In this document: positions 1 through 13,123 of the stretch, in pieces
Numbering within the stretch: position 1 is the first letter of the stretch
Layout of the letters: each line of letters starts with the position of its first letter
Assembly: GCA_012295275.1 (NCBI GenBank)
Contig: CM022671.1
Span: forward strand, 14,756,001 to 14,820,000
Reading direction: 5' to 3'
Origin: Chrysomallon squamiferum
Taxonomy: Eukaryota; Animalia; Mollusca
DNA: 64,000 nt
Notes under the pieces: model-generated
Databases searched by the model: none
What the model was told of the DNA's origin: nothing
Seen by the model: only the letters and a program-made list of their open reading frames with translations
Made by a program: the position numbers and the translations under genes

Positions 1-180
1 GCATTTCATTGTATAAATATATGTGTTCACTATTTAATTAATGGGTTTAATTATTTATTTTATTGTTATTATTATAACTGTTTACATACTGCATGAAATT
101 AAGTTCATTCATTAATTGTTTTACAAGATAAAATAGTAACACAGTTTTTAATTTAGCAGTGTTAAATGTAGCAAGTTTAC

Positions 181-3061
181 CTCATCACAAGTACTCTGGA
201 CTTGGTCTGGTGTGATTATCATATTTGTCATGACGAAAAAAGCATTGTTTTCCTAAAACACAAAACAATTATTTATTCGGGATTTATTTAGACTATCTTC
301 CATTATTATCAATAAACAAGGTTTTTAAATAAAGTATAATTATGTTTTCATGTCACTTGTATGACAACATTATCAGTCTTACAAAAAAGTCATTCACAAT
401 ACTTAAATCATTTTTTTATACTTACAAATTATGTTTTGTTCGTTCCAGAACGCTGTTCGTAAACCGAAGCGATGTCAGACACACGAACTTTTATTTTTTG
501 CAATTATTTCTTTCATAACCTTTACTGTGATACGTTTATACTTTCCACCAGCATTATCGCTTTCACTTTTTGTTTTCTTGGGCGCCATATTGGATAGGTT
601 ATAATAAAAAATATATACACATAAAAGCAGCAACCCTTTAAAATATACAAGTGCACAATCTCAAAACCAAAACTGTTGAGCTGCAACTGCGATCGAAGAC
701 AAAATGCCCTAATTCATGATATATATTTGCAATAGGACATGCCTATAATCCTTACTTTGACCTCGGTTTTGACATAAGCATCTATTTTTATCTTTACTGG
801 ATGTTGACGTCAAAACCGACGTCAAAGGAAAGCGTGTCGTGGCGCGTCGCTGTAGTTCGTAACTGGGGACATTATTCGTAAACCGAGACAAAAATTGCCC
901 AAGATCACGGTTCCTAATCCGATTTGTTCGTACTTCGAGGCGTTAGTAACCCGAGGTTTCACTGTAGACACACACACATAAAATTTAAATTTATCATGAT
1001 GAGTACCACCATTATTTATGATAACATGACGTTCAAGATGAATGAAACTGCTTTAAAAAATTTTCTAGTGTTGTCAGTAAAATTACAACTATCTCTCTGC
1101 ACCGTCTAAATAATGAAGTAACGACTCCAGTTGTGATATCATAACCAATTTTATTTTATTTTAAACTGTCATACTTTGTTGTGTGAAACTGACTCATCTA
1201 AAAGATCAAAACAATAATTTGAAAGTAAAACAAATTTTATTTTACCATTTAGTTTGTACTGCTGCCGGTACACTTTAACTAGTATTTTTCAATTAATTTT
1301 ACTTTAGTTAATAATGACTTTGAATATGCACATATTTGAGTGAAAAGAATCTTTCAAGGCAATTCTGAGTGGATTTATAAAATGTGGAATTTTTTATGTA
1401 ATGGGTAATAGTAAGAACTGTGTTAGTAAAATTTTAAAATGATGATGTGTTTAACAAAAACAATGAAATGCTGAAGATTTAATTATGAAAAATAAAAAGT
1501 TATTAAATATAATTAATTTTAAACAAGAAATATATCACAAACACTCAATCACTGAATCAGTCCACATTAAGTAACAAATCCATTGTTTTTTGCTGTGTTT
1601 GATTTTTGTTTAACTGCATGTTCAGCAGGAAACACTCCTTTAAGACATTCATGACCAGAGCCAAAGAGTTTCCTCTGTCAGAGACATCTCTTGTTTTATA
1701 CAGAAGAAAGATAGGAATAAAATTTACTTTTATTGTTTTCAGTCTTTGAAGAGAATTGTGAGGCATGTTTGTAAGTGAACTAGAGCTTTTAAATCAAATT
1801 CATAATTTAATACAAATCTCAACCTATCTGAACTGAAATTACAACACAAAGAAAAAAATTTCAATAACTAATTAAATATCAATTCTGGCAACTGATCTTT
1901 TCATTATTCATTGTCAAGTTGAAGACACATAACCAGGCCACAGTGATATGAAGAGTAATCAGTGACACCCTACTGACTGATATCAGAGTTTAAGATTTAA
2001 ACTAAAGAGACATGGTATGATTAAACTGTTTGTTTAGTGTTCAGCTTAGAAGGATTTCTAATTTTGAGTGTTGACCTTTGATTCCTCAGAACTGATAAAC
2101 CAAAGATTTTTTTCTTTAATTATCTCATAATAACTCTCTTATTAACTCAGATGAAACTAAAATTTACTGACTGCTAATATAAAACTAATAATATAAAAAC
2201 AACAACATGGATATCACAAAGAAACTACAGCTCCAGTTGCTGTATAAATAAATTATTTTGCTAGAAAGGTCCATGTGTCATTTGACTTTGTTTATTGATT
2301 GTAAACATTTGTATTGCTTACCTGAGGAGGTATAACATAGTCAGCCACATCCCAAACCTGGGATCCAATCTGTGGGAAATGACTAGCATTTGTATAGGCC
2401 ACACCTTTCACTTTCACAGTGACAGCACTTTGAACAGAGTCAAAGCTCTGGTAACCTTTCATCAAAACAATAGCATATCTGAGAAAACAAAATAAAAATA
2501 AACACAGTGAATGGGAAAACAAAAAATAATAAAGAGTCATGTATATGAAGATATATATATATATATATATATGTTAGGGATCAGGGTCTGAATTTATTTA
2601 TCAGATTTGTGTTAAAAGGTTTCAGGTGTACAATAAAACTGGAAATCCTTAATTAAACTCTTTTACATTTACTTCATTTTTAATTACTTAGTTACATTAT
2701 AAATCATTCTTGACTTCATTTTTTTTTTTTTTTTTTTTTTTTTATACATATATTTTTTGAGGGGGACACTATGAAGATTTAAAAGATAGGATCACTGCTG
2801 CCAGAAAAAAAAAAAAAAAAAAAAAAAAAATTCTCCTCTCTTAGGCTAAATATATAATTTACAAAACAAATAAATAAAATTAATTTTAATTAATGAAAAA
2901 GAAGTTAAATTTAAAAAGTATTGTATATATAGTTTATTTTATATTATATGCTTAAATATATATGTGTTTATTTTTTATAACCTCTTAAAATGTGAATTTT
3001 AATTTATGTGTGTGCATGTATGTATATTATTTTATGGTTCTGTACGTATATTATTTTATTG

Positions 3062-3094
<33 letters not shown>

Positions 3095-3908
3095 GTATAT
3101 GGAAGTCATATAGTTTATTTTTATATCTTGTCAACATATAGTTTATTTAAAGAAAAAAATGTGTACACCAACATATAGTATAAGATGTAGCATTTGACAG
3201 CTATATTTGTACAGCTGTTTAACTAACAATAAATTTATTTGAAACAAATGAAATCATTATGAAACTTCAAATTTGTTGTTGTTGTAATAGTTTTATTATA
3301 ATTTTGAAAATGGTGAACATTTTGAACGAACACCGGTGAGTCGATACATGCTGATATCGAGACTATCAGAAGGACACACTGATTCGCCGAAGTGAACTTA
3401 GACAATTTTATGTGCTCTATTTTATGTTTGAAGTAGGAACAGAATATAAATTACAGCAAATTACTGAGTAAAATTTCTGATGACAAACCTCAACTGCAAG
3501 ATTATCTTAGCTTACAAAAATAATATTCTGCCAATCGAAAGTGAAAGTAACTTTTCATTCACATAACTGAGGTTTAAAAAAAAATAACTATAGACAAAGA
3601 AACCCTTCGAAAAATGGACCCAACAAGTAGTTTATATTGTCACGATTTAAGTATCCGTATACGGAGTTCGCAATATTTGTACGATTCATCACAAGGAATA
3701 AAAACGTAATTCACACTACCGATCACTTCCGCATTCGCACCCTAATCATGTGACAACAGCATAACACTTACCCAATCACATATGCAATAACGCACGCTTG
3801 AAGAAACCTGTTTATGAATCCAACTTTTTTGCTTTTTATATGAACTATCCTCGGAGTATCGTACTCAAAAAACACACTGATAGCCGAACGTACTATCTTA
3901 GGAGCCAT
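181..3908 (-). CDS. P2RX: P2X purinoceptor (ATP-gated cation channel), first three coding exons; gene continues beyond window start
   Basis: Exon 3772-3908 encodes MAPKIVRSAISVFFEYDTPRIVHIKSKKVGFINRFLQACVIAYVIG (YxTPR motif plus TM1). Exon 2322-2478 encodes YAIVLMKGYQSFDSVQSAVTVKVKG...VWDVADYVIPPQ (ATP-binding KxKG). Exon 181-252 encodes ENNAFFVMTNMIITPDQVQSTCDE. All introns are GT-AG with compatible phases (2, 0) at the conserved P2X intron positions. Subtype not assignable. Confidence 0.96.
440..966. mobile_element. Tc1/mariner-pogo (Tigger-like) DNA transposon end fragment in P2X intron 3' of exon 2
   Basis: Ends in CGAGGTTTCACTG followed by TA (952-966), the reverse complement of a CAGTGAAACCTCG-type TIR with TA target site. 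Internal TTCGTAAACCGA motifs recur near 455 and 875. The other TIR was not found. Confidence 0.5.
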
Positions 3909-4898
3909 TTTTCGCACAGCGATTGTAAATCATGTGACCCTCGCCCGCCACAACACATGCGTCGTCTGCAAAGACGCTACTGGCGGAGTTGGTTTAATGT
4001 TACAATATTTATTCAACCTTTGTGTCAGAAAAAAAAAAAAAAAAAAAAAGAGTGAAAAAGAAATTCTTTAAATAAGCGATACGTGTGTGTGTGTGTGTGT
4101 GTGTCATTCATATTATCTATATATATATAAATTTTGCAAGGCGGTACCTTTGTGGCCTTTTTTTTTCTAAAAATACTAATAAAAAGAAGTAAGTGTTGTG
4201 TGATAAGTACAGTGATGTTTGTGTATGTGAATGTAAGTGTATGTCGGGCTGAGGGTAGTAGAAAGTGCTTGTTCTCCAAGCTCAGTTTAGCGTACAAAAT
4301 AAATAATAAGTCTCTGATGGTTATGTTATCAGCGTCCGATTCACTCGTTACTGGAAAATGTTCCTTGTTCTGAGTTTCCAGAAAGGTTTCTGTGCAAAAT
4401 GCGCACTTTCTGCTCAGTGGCAGTTTTAGTGGATTTTATTACTTTTTGAAGTCAGTTTTAATATTTCATATTATTCTGATTTAGAACGATCGGTTTTGAG
4501 TTCGCTGATAACACATATTCACTTTTACATTACAATACATGCACTATAGGGAACAATCTTGCATCAGCCATTGTTACGTTACTATTTGTCACCTTCAGGT
4601 TATTAATCATGCTGAAATATCTTCGGCTCATGATTTGTCATCCCTTTTTAGTATCCTTTCCTTATACATTACATCTCCTAATTTCTTTCTTTCTTTCTTT
4701 CCCAAAGGTTGTGACTTTACATTATATAACCTTTTTAGTTATTACATACACATAGAAAAACCAGCAAGGCGCATACACACCTAAATTTCAGGTCTATGGG
4801 CCTGATTTAAATTCTCCTATCTTCAAATATATATTTATATTGCTATACGTAATATTTTTAAATTAAAGTAATAAAAAATTCTGGTTAATCATAATTAG

Positions 4899-6124
4899 GT
4901 CCATGGAGGAGTTTTGATCTCGCGAGTCAAGGACAACAGACGAGCTAGTCCCTAGCCAGTGTAACAAACTGGTATCATGTCTGTCTGTTCACCCACACAA
5001 AATATATATCTTATTGTAGTGTTACAGAAAGAGTCTAACTGTATTTAAAAATAGATATCAAATTTTGGTACAGAATGCGTTGTTTTTATTTTGTTACAGA
5101 ATAAGTACTTAATGTGTATACTATTTTTATTAAGAATTTCTTACATATTCGGACAGACTTGATAGGAAACCCGATATAATTTTTCATTATAATTATAGTA
5201 ATAATTATATTTATATAAAGAAATTTGTATGTTGGTATAAGTCATTAATTTTTTTTTTTTGTAGACCTAATCAGCACTTTACCTCTATTTAATAATATTC
5301 AAACTTATCTGTCTTAACATTTCTGCAAATACCAAGCCAGAAAAAAAAGCGCTTTTTGTTTTTTATTTTTTATTCTTCTACTGCTTACGATCGTGTACAC
5401 GTTAGTTTAGGTTTTACGAAATTCCAAGAATATTCCAACCATTAGATTACAGTGTTTTCCCTGGAGAAGAAGAAAAAGTCAAAATGTATAGTTCTCTGCT
5501 CATTATGTTCATTTACTGTGGTAATTACAAAGGTTTAGGTAGATTAGAAAATAAATCAATAGACAAATGAGATTTTAAAAAAAACTGGTATATCCAATGT
5601 GTGTCTTGATCTTTGCAGTTCGGTCTCTGAGGAAAAGAAATCTTCATACCACATTACAGATGATAAAAAAAATAATTTCAAAACAAACATATATATTATT
5701 TATATAATAAGAGATATTCTAATTATATTTTCAGAAAATATTATTTTTTGTTTTAAATTATTCCTCACCACTGTCTATTTTAAAAGCATCCATAATCACC
5801 CAATCCCAACCATATCATGTATATGTCACAGGAAATATGCATTATGAGGAAATATGTGATATCCTCGGGGAACCTAGGCCTCTACAGTGTGAAAGTTCTA
5901 CAGAAAAAAGCTGTGACATTAAAAACATGCTTTTGTTTGTTGTACAGGAGATTATACAGCAGAATGGATTCAAATTTGTTCAGTTTCAGTACTGCTCAAT
6001 GGAATTAAATGTTTCACATTTTCGGAAACGTTGGGTTCTGGTATGTCATCATTTATCATCCCTCATGAAATTCTCCATCGACTGGAGTCAGAGAATGATT
6101 TACTTGCATACATTGCATTGCTAG
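4899..6124 (+). pseudogene. Possible decaying multi-exon gene of unknown product
   Basis: Phase-compatible candidate exons 4899-4971, 5453-5485, 5619-5659 and 5787-6124 lead into the 95-aa ORF MHYEEICD.... The model requires reading through an in-frame TAG (4946-4948) and an AT instead of GT donor at 5660. No family recognised. Confidence 0.25.
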
Positions 6125-7138
6125 GTTCCTAAATGAATCAGATGTTACACATAGATTCAGAAATTATCAAGAATTATACATATTTCCTGTAACACATACA
6201 GTACATGAACTCATGCCCAGCGCTCTGTCTTTACTCAAACATTTCACATCTGAAATTTGATGTTTTGTTTTCACAGCCTTCCTTTTTCTTTACTTATCAT
6301 TATAATCATCTAAAATATAAATATCGATTTTTAATTAGTAAAAATAACATTTTAATTTTTATTTTCTAGGAATCTCTGATTAACCTTCTTTCTTCTTCTT
6401 GGTTATATTGTGATCTTAATGGTTCGAATGCTTAATAGAAACTGACGAGTGTTGTTGGTATGAAATGTCAGATTTTGGCTCATTAGAACTAACAGATTAT
6501 GTTGGAAACATTACACGTATAATCTGGACACAGAAGATGATAGTAATGTATTTCTTTATATACCTGTAAAAAAAGATATATCTGCTTCTAAATAAAAAAA
6601 AAAGGATTTTTATAAAATACTTTTTATCCTGACAGCCTAGCAGCATTAGTTTAACTGATTTTCATTTCTAGTCTTCTAGTCAGTTATCAAATTACGAAAA
6701 ATGTTTGAATACAGACAGAATAGGTTTACGTCAATAATCTTTAAAAAAAAATAGCATTAATATCTTTCAACGTAATGTTTATGTCTTAACTGCATTAAAA
6801 AGATTTAAACCGTTTCCTTACTATTAATACTTACAAATGAATGGTTTAAATAATTTTGATTGTGGATGTACCTTTTATTTACTAGTTCTTAAATGCCTTA
6901 ATCTGCTAATCTTGGGTTTTGTTTAACAATTATTACAATGAATATTTTTTTTTTAATTCATTGGCATAGTCTGTTAGTTCCGGTTTAAAATGATTTTATC
7001 AATATTTTAATTAAATATTTTAGCTAGACTGCAAAATGTATAAATCTCATTAATATGATTCAGATCTTTAAAAAAAAAAAAAAATTTTTGTTTTAAAATA
7101 TGTATGTGTATGTATGTATGTATATATATATACATACA

Positions 7139-7169
<31 letters not shown>

Positions 7170-7982
7170 TTTAAAGAGAGAGAGATTCTAAAATATATAA
7201 TTAATTTTAAACTTGTTTGTTTTAATGGTTTTTGAACAGAGACAACAAATTTTACAAAATCTGTAAACTGATTATTATATTATTGTAATTTCTTCCAGTT
7301 AATGAAACTAAATATTTATCACAAATCTCATTATTTCAGTATTCAACCATTTCCAAACAGACGTACGGTTTATGAACATTTCTCTTAACAATTTTTCACC
7401 GTTTGTCTTGTAACCTAAATAAGTTTTGATATTATGGATTTCTGTTAACATTTTACGTTGTCAGCAGTTAAAATGCCTGGCTTGAATCACAATAGACGCA
7501 TTTTCTTCGATGGACTATTTGACTTTACTGACAACGCCTTGCAATTGATCATCAAAGGTCACGCCATCGAGTTAATGAGAAGACACACACAACGAGCTCT
7601 TGTTTCTAATCGAGACATAAAGCAGGTTTTCTTAGAAATACCAAACATCCAATCCCTAGTTTATAAAAAAAAAAAAAAATAATAATAAATAAAAATCGAT
7701 TAACATCGTTTAGATGTGCCATTAAAAGAATATAAAATGAGCAATAATAATAAAAATACCTTACTGAGTTTCTCAGCTTCATCGTCAACTAATAACTAAC
7801 AATAAGAATAATTAATTAATTAACAGGGTTTTAACACGTAAGTTTTTTTTTTCACTGACTCAGGCAGAGTAATCTAAATACTATAATCTTTACTCAGGGC
7901 TGGAAATTCCACATACCATAGGGCATTATTTGTTAAGGGGAAAAATCCATTATAATACAACATTTCATTTACTCCTAATGGA

Positions 7983-8022
<40 letters not shown>

Positions 8023-8421
8023 GTCATCATCATCATAATCATTATCATCACTATCATAATCATCATTATTGTTGTAAGATTTGTTTTCGTTTTTATCATG
8101 TGTTTTTGTTTGTTTGCTTGTTGTTGTTGTTTTTGTTGTTTTAATTCTGATAGTATTAATGAATCTATAATATGTTCAGTACAATTAATAAACAAACATG
8201 TCATTAATACTTTGAATGTGTTCCGTCATCTTACTATTGACAAGACTCTAAAACTGTCATGAGAGTAGGGGTTGGGGGCGTGGCGAACAAGTCCGAATTG
8301 TAACTTCCACCCTAGATCTGCCACTGACGTGCGAACTCACTTCATGTCAGAGAAAATTCCACACATCTTACATTTCAGCTACTATTGTCTGAACAATTCA
8401 GCCATCAAAAGCAGTCACCAT

Positions 8422-10676
8422 ATGGTATTTTATAACTCTTTCAGTTTCGTCATAAGACTCGTAAATGATAGGTAAACAATGATAAGTAATTCAATGAGAG
8501 ATGAATCGATACATGTAACATTGTAAATAACGTTTAATACATTAGCCTCCGGTTTAAAAGCATTATAACAGAGAAGATAATTTGTTCTGTTCAGTTCAGA
8601 CACCTGTTGCATTTCGTACTGCCTTGCGTTATTTCTTTAGTTTTTGGAAATCAGAAGTTAAATTTTGTTGGTATTTGTGGGATATTTCTTTTTCCATCCC
8701 TGAACAATGCATTACTGGTGTCTTCTTTTCCTCGTCGTTGTAGTTGCCGCTAAGTCGGCAATGAAAGAAGTGAGTATATTCCTATCACAAACTTTTATCT
8801 TTTAATTGAGAAAGATTCGTGCTTTCAGCATATGTACTTCAAAAAGTAATAAAATCCAAAAAAAAAAAAAAAAAAAAAAAAAAATGCGCATTTTGGAAAG
8901 AAACATTTCTGGCAACTCAGATCAAGGAACATTTTCCGTTTACGAGTGAAACATGATAGAATTATATCTACTTTGAATTTTACTGAGTTTAAAAGTTTAT
9001 ATTGACTTTTGTTTAAGGAAAAAAACAATATATATATATATATATATCATCTCTCTATCCATCTATCAATCAATCTATCTATCTATATATGTATGTATGT
9101 ACGTATGTAATTATATAAAAAGTCATGAGATGTGTGTACGTATATATATATATATATACACATGAACAAATATAAAGAACAGATTTTTTTTTATAACAGA
9201 ACAGATTTTTTTTTTTAAAGCGAAACCCCACCAATTACAATTTATTATAGTAAAATTATTTGATTATTTTTAATGATATACATTAAAAATAAATAACAAA
9301 AAATAATAAATAATAAATTAAAAATAGTACGCGCACGTGTAAGCACACACAACAGTTCCAGTTTTTAATTTTTATATTTTTCCCTTTCACTTGTCGATGA
9401 AAACAATGTTACTTTGATGACACGAAGAAAAAATTTAAATAAATTTCAACATATCTTTAATTTATTTTTTAATCACAAAAGAATTTATTTTTCCTTAGAC
9501 ATAACATCACCGGCGGATGGAACTGCTTTTTATTTTTTATTTTTTTTATTTTTATTTTTATTTTCTACAAACACATGTAACAGTCTTATGCATGACGTCA
9601 CGACTCCGTCGTAAAAATGTTTTATAAGAGTATATTTTATTGTTATGCTTTGTTATGAACGATACTAAGTTGCTTAAAGCAATTAAATTACTTTGGTGCT
9701 TAACGAATTTTATCAGACGATTTCATTCATTCAACGTCAAGTAGACGTTACGTTAGCACAAGACTTGACTTAACGTGAATTACACAACGAAAAATTAGGC
9801 TTTATACTCTTTTTGTATTCGTAACATATTATGTTCAAATGAAATACTCGTTAATTATATTTTCTTCGTTACAGTGCGAGCTTGACAAACCATTCACCGA
9901 CAAATCCTGCAAGTCGGACGCGGATCTCAAGTGTGATGTTAAGCCAGTAAGTACACACTACTACCGAACTAACTTAATCCAGTGTGCAGTGTCGAGTTAA
10001 CTTACGATTAACGAGTATGTTGTCGTACTTTACGTCTTTATTTATTTTCTATATCCAAGAGAGGATAAAAAGAAAAAAAAAATAATAATATTTTCAGATT
10101 AGTGGCATGCTACAGTTTCGACAAATCACCCACAACCACACACACACACACACACATACACACACACACACAAAATACAAACACAGAACGGAAATACACG
10201 GCCATACACACAACTCTCATACTCATGTGCACACATACACCCACTCAGATACCCGTACAAACACGCTTTCTTTCTCTCACTTTCCCAGTCTTTACTCTGA
10301 TTGCTGTTTTTCTTTCTATTTAGAGATTATATAAATTGTGTGCGTGTGTTTGTCTGTGTGGTGATTGTGTCTATATAATATATATGTATGTATGTATGTA
10401 TATATGCATGTATGTGTGTATGTATGTATGTATGTATGTGTGTATGTATGTATGTATGTATGTATGTATGTGTGTATGTATGTATGTATGTATGTATGTA
10501 TTTCTTTGTTTATGTATTTATTCTAGGAATGTAAATGTCCTTTAAAGTCGAAATGCATCAAGACCAAGTTGACATCTGGCTCGGAAACCTGTCAGTACAG
10601 GTGTCAGTCGGACTGGGTGGAAAACCTCATCGAGAAATCCGTGGAAAAATATGACACAGGACCGGTCCGCAAATAA
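8422..10676 (+). CDS. Small secreted cysteine-rich protein, 108 aa, unknown family
   Basis: Exons: 8422-8424 (ATG only), 8595-8670, 8744-8769, 9875-9946, 10527-10676. All introns are GT-AG with phases 0,1,0,0. Product: MFRHLLHFVLPCVISLVFG-NQKLNFVVAAKSAMKECELDKPFTDKSCKSDADLKCDVKPECKCPLKSKCIKTKLTSGSETCQYRCQSDWVENLIEKSVEKYDTGPVRK*. It has a hydrophobic signal peptide, 8 Cys in the mature part and AATAAA downstream. The ATG-only exon is the least certain piece. Confidence 0.8.
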
Positions 10677-10744
10677 ACCGGACGACAACAAACAAAAAAC
10701 TTCCAACAGCTTTCCTGTTTTAAAATCTGTTGTTGATATAGTTA

Positions 10745-11010
10745 ATGCAATAAGAAACATAAAATTTAAACATTAGAAAAGACTTACTGAGCAATAGTGT
10801 ATACAATAAGAAATGTACTTGTTTTAAAAATAAAAATAAATAATAGAAAATACTTATTTGGCAATAGTTTATACCACTAAGAAACAATGGTAATTTAAAA
10901 ATTAAAATAAATAATGAAAGTACTTATTTGACAGTAGTATATGCAATAAGAAGCAGTATGTTAAAAATAAAAAATAAATAATTGATTATGCAGAAAGAAA
11001 TACCGTTTTG
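10745..11010. repeat. Degenerate ~65-bp tandem repeat (about 4 copies) downstream of the Cys-rich gene stop
   Basis: Recurrent CAATAAGAA...AAAATAAATAAT...TACTTATTTG.CA.TAGT motif. Confidence 0.55.
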
Positions 11011-11284
11011 AAAAATAGAAATATACAGAATTTCACAAATACAATAACTGACTGAAAAGAATAATTTCGTAAATTAAAATAAAATGGTTTAATGTATTGG
11101 TTATACGACTAATAGAAATAAATTACGTCACAAATTCTGTTTTGAATGGTTTTTTTTCTCCATAATTTAAAATGAATAAATATAGTCAACAGAAGTTAAC
11201 CATTTCATTTACATTCTTCTGTTTTCTTTTTCACTGAAATCAATAACACTACATTCATTTTGACGAATTCGTTTTATTTGTTTA

Positions 11285-11333
<49 letters not shown>

Positions 11334-12313
11334 GCTATCGACCGATTTGTTCTATCAGTCGATACATCGTCTGCGCAGGTGCAGGTCGATTGTGTTCATG
11401 TGCTGTCATACTGATTGTTTGACATGAAGACATTTGTTCTTTCTTTCTTCCTATATATATTTACTTATTTATTAACTTATTTATTTATTGAGTATATGAT
11501 TGATATAGCATATAAAATAAATACATCACAGGATATAAAAATTACAAATACTTATAATATAAAAAATTAATATATGTAACTTAATACATTAAAAACATGT
11601 AGAGTAAATAAAATATCTGATAGTTAAACTTAAGTGTTTTGAGTTTATGCATATTTTTTTTTTCTTCTCCGCATCCCGTTTCACAAAGACTCTTTCAAAA
11701 TCGAGATCAAATTTAGATGTAATATCAGTAAATATGTGTATGAGAATGGCTAACCTGTCTCTAATTAATGTTTTCGTGAGATCTGAGCGAGTGAATTGTC
11801 ATTCATTGTTTGCCTATTTATCACAGATGATGTATTTATTTAATTGCTATATCATTTATGCAGAAATAAATAAATACCTTTAAAAGAAAAGATGCATACA
11901 GTCCTTGAACATTTTTCTACCGTATTTCTTTACATTAAATAATCTCTCGATATATATTTATATACTGAAATAATAATAATAATAACAATAAGTGAAAACT
12001 TGAAAGGATACTGATGTATCAAAAATAGTGTTTTATTTCATACTCTTCAATTGATTATCTTTCATTGATTTTAGTTACATATTTACACTTGACAGACTAA
12101 TCAAATAAATGTCAGATACAATTTACATCAGTAAATACATATTAATATATTTATATCTCTATAACAAATCAACTAAATTATAATTTTAAAAGTTGACTCA
12201 GCTAATGTAATGTTTATTAAATCAATTTCGCTTTCAATAACATTTAAAAAGTGTTACTCGTGGTTTTAGTTTCGTATAAACAGTGCTACAAAATAAATGA
12301 GAAATAAACTAAA

Positions 12314-13123
12314 TCACCATGTTAGTTCAGCCATTGTCCAGCAGTTCTGAATGGGCAGACGGTTCTGTCCACTCGATGTGTGTATATCCGGAGTGCGTTT
12401 AGCTAAAAGTTTTCTTGCTTTGTTAACTTTATTTTTGAAGGGTGCAGTCTTGCTTCTCTCTACACAATATGTAGCATTCGTTAAAATATGACCTGACAGG
12501 TCTAAGTCGACAGAAGTGTTGTTAGATCGCCTGTACGTCAAGACAGGAGCAGAAACCAGTTTACTTCTTTCCAGCGCTTCCAGCTCGGTTTTGACATCTC
12601 TGCGACAAACATTTTCCTCGCCCTGAACGACTATAACGGGCATGTGTTGACCACGGTCCTGGCCTAACAAAAGGTTTTCTCTGTGTCTGAATATACTACT
12701 CAGTGCTGGTAATCCTGAAAAAATTCTGCCTCTAATGTCCGTTTGCGTATGAGAGTGGTTGAAATCTACGAGAGGCAAGGCCTTGGAATCTTTAAATGAA
12801 TCTGCAACAAAGTAATCTCGTTTCGTTCCGTCCTTCTTCGTCTTGTCTCCGTGTAACAATACTGACGACGTTCTCGGAACCCAAAGCGTATCACTTTCGT
12901 CACGACCATCCGAACACTGGTTCGTCACTGTTCGACACAGGTCGCCGTAGTGAAGATGGTGACTTACACTGGCCAGCCATTTTTCAATCCTTTTTCGCTT
13001 GAAAGACGACAATAACATTTTTATATACTCGTATAATAAACACCGCGAGAGTCCATACAACATGCCAAACAGCTGTCCGTTCAGCTTAGAACTGCTGCCG
13101 TTCAAAACTACAGCGAGGTACAT
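12314..13123 (-). CDS. Intronless orphan ORF (269 aa; likely start at ATG 13018 giving 234 aa)
   Basis: 810-nt non-repetitive open frame, visibly more GC-rich than its flanks. ATG at 13018 has an A-rich context (MLLSSFKRKRIEKWL...). AATAAA lies on the minus strand at 12213-12218, about 95 nt past the stop. No domain recognised. Confidence 0.65.
   Translation of the reverse strand: MYLAVVLNGSSSKLNGQLFGMLYGLSRCLLYEYIKMLLSSFKRKRIEKWLASVSHHLHYGDLCRTVTNQCSDGRDESDTLWVPRTSSVLLHGDKTKKDGTKRDYFVADSFKDSKALPLVDFNHSHTQTDIRGRIFSGLPALSSIFRHRENLLLGQDRGQHMPVIVVQGEENVCRRDVKTELEALERSKLVSAPVLTYRRSNNTSVDLDLSGHILTNATYCVERSKTAPFKNKVNKARKLLAKRTPDIHTSSGQNRLPIQNCWTMAELTW

Noticed and set aside
7458-7682. 74-aa ORF with faint histone-fold-like segment (RHTQRALVSNRDI)
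   Set aside because: Similarity is too weak, there is no supporting splice structure, and it runs into a poly-A tract; more likely non-coding.
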